This document shows positions 62,645 to 64,000 of a DNA stretch of 64,000 bases, one piece after another. How positions within the stretch are numbered: position 1 is the first letter of the stretch; every line of letters begins with the position of its first letter. A program made the position numbers and the translations under genes. Source of the stretch: an uncultured Gemmatimonadaceae bacterium (GTDB taxonomy: Bacteria; Gemmatimonadota; Gemmatimonadetes; Gemmatimonadales; Gemmatimonadaceae); the NCBI GenBank assembly GCA_963817955.1, contig CAWFQK010000004.1:640001-704000 (forward strand). Direction: 5' to 3'. Below the pieces are notes generated by a model. That model saw only the letters and a list, made by a program, of their open reading frames with translations, had not been told where the DNA came from and ran no database searches.

Positions 62645-64000
62645 GCGCGCCCGCCGAGCGCGAGCACCGCGTCGACCAGCGCGTCGACATCGCGCGCTTC
62701 GGTGCGATGATTGACGATGGCGACGCGGATGACCAGATGGCCGTCGATCTCCGTGGTGGAGGGCGCAGCAACACCCGACTCTTGCAGCTCCACGACGATG
62801 CGCGCGTTCAACCCGTCGGGGTCGTCGCCTCGGTGGCGGAAGCACACGATGTTCAACGCAACGGGCGCCATGAGCTCGAGGGTCGGCTCGGATGAAATCC
62901 GTGCCTCGAGCCGCCTCGCCAATGCGCACGTGCCGGCGATCGTCTCGCCGAGCTGATCGAGTCCATAGGTTCTGAGCGTGAACCACGTCTTGAGCGCTCG
63001 GAAGCCGCGGCTCAGGTCTACGCCAAAGTCACATGGCCAGGGGGAATTCGCGGCGAGCCCTCGCGTCTCCCGACGCATGTACGTCTCGGGCGCGGCAAAG
63101 GTGTCCTGGTGCTCCCGCGCATCCCGAACGAGCAGGAAACCCGCGTCATACGGGACCTGCGCCCACTTATGGAAGTCGAAGGCGAGCGAGTCCGCTCGCT
63201 CCATTCCCGCGACCAGCGGCGCCAGCGCGGGAGACAGCTTGGCCAGGGCGCCGAACGCGCCGTCCACATGGTACCAGAGGCCCTGGCGCTGAGCGACATT
63301 CGCCAGCCCATTCAGGTCATCGATGGCGCCGATGTCGACGCTGCCAGCCGTACCGACCACCATGAACGGGTGGAGGCCGGCGGCGCGGTCCTCGGCGAGG
63401 GCCGATTCCAGCGCGTTCAAGGGTAGTCGACCCGACGCGTCCGCAGGGATCAGCCGCAACGCCGAGCGCCCGAGTCCGGCGAGATCCATGGCCTGTGGCA
63501 CGCACCCGTGCACGGCGCTCGAGGCATACGCGACGAGCTCACCTGGCGCGGCCGTGCGCTCCATTCGCGCCAAGGTTGCATGTCGCGCAACCAGGACGGC
63601 CATGAAGTTTGCCATGGAGGAGCCGGTCACGAACAGCCCGCTGGCCGTGTCGGGAAATTCAAAGATCTCGCGCACCCAGCGGAGCATCTGCCGCTCGACC
63701 TCGATGGGCGCGTGGTCGCGTCCCCCCAGGTTCGCGTTGAGGCCGCCGGCAAGCATCTCCCCGAGCATTCCCGCGACGGTGCCACCGCCGTGCACCCACC
63801 CCATGAACGATGGATGAAGGTTGCCCGTGCTGTATGGAAGGATGTTCCGAAGAAATTCGTCGTGGACAGCCTCGAGCGCTGTTGGCTTCAGCGGGAGGGG
63901 CGCGTCGAACGCGGCTCGTACCTCGCGCGGAATCGGCCGCCAGACGGGACCTGCACGAAGACCCTCGACGTGATCCAGCATGTCGTCCAACATGCGGTGC
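62641..64000 (-). CDS. group II PLP-dependent amino-acid decarboxylase (5' end outside the window)
   Basis: HPSFMGW, GTAG..GAID, HVDGAFG, DFHKW (PLP Lys), SRGFRALK. Confidence 0.93.
   Translation of the reverse strand, partial: HRMLDDMLDHVEGLRAGPVWRPIPREVRAAFDAPLPLKPTALEAVHDEFLRNILPYSTGNLHPSFMGWVHGGGTVAGMLGEMLAGGLNANLGGRDHAPIEVERQMLRWVREIFEFPDTASGLFVTGSSMANFMAVLVARHATLARMERTAAPGELVAYASSAVHGCVPQAMDLAGLGRSALRLIPADASGRLPLNALESALAEDRAAGLHPFMVVGTAGSVDIGAIDDLNGLANVAQRQGLWYHVDGAFGALAKLSPALAPLVAGMERADSLAFDFHKWAQVPYDAGFLLVRDAREHQDTFAAPETYMRRETRGLAANSPWPCDFGVDLSRGFRALKTWFTLRTYGLDQLGETIAGTCALARRLEARISSEPTLELMAPVALNIVCFRHRGDDPDGLNARIVVELQESGVAAPSTTEIDGHLVIRVAIVNHRTEARDVDALVDAVLALGGRA

Overview
High-GC bacterial chromosome segment. 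Gene content and style suggest Gemmatimonadota (inference, not tested). It holds ordinary core and metabolic genes: tilS-hpt-ftsH, aceBA divergent from a FadL + SGNH lipoprotein pair, dut, an M1 aminopeptidase, fahA, a complete hydroxyproline-catabolism operon, phosphoketolase, Hsp20, lgt and two TonB-dependent receptors. I saw no rRNA, tRNA, CRISPR array or intact transposase. The most unusual items are: (1) a condensation-free NRPS-like cluster (acyl-CoA dehydrogenase; A domain with an Asn-type code, PCP and inactive-looking hydrolase; partner Cys-hydrolase; divergent PPTase carrying two G11 tracts); (2) a CxxC/RAPP leader ORF in front of a TonB receptor, like the CruR/CutF metal-sensing ribosome-stalling leaders; (3) an intergenic unit with a 13-nt perfect anti-SD complement, a 14-codon ORF and its own terminator; (4) a ~1.3 kb 21-nt-periodic array; (5) several small repeat/MITE families, one inserted at stop codons; (6) repeated internal deletions (GntR, DUF3891, a collapsed copy of the TonB receptor 3' end). 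All family calls come from motif recognition by eye; no searches were run, and start codons are my best estimates.
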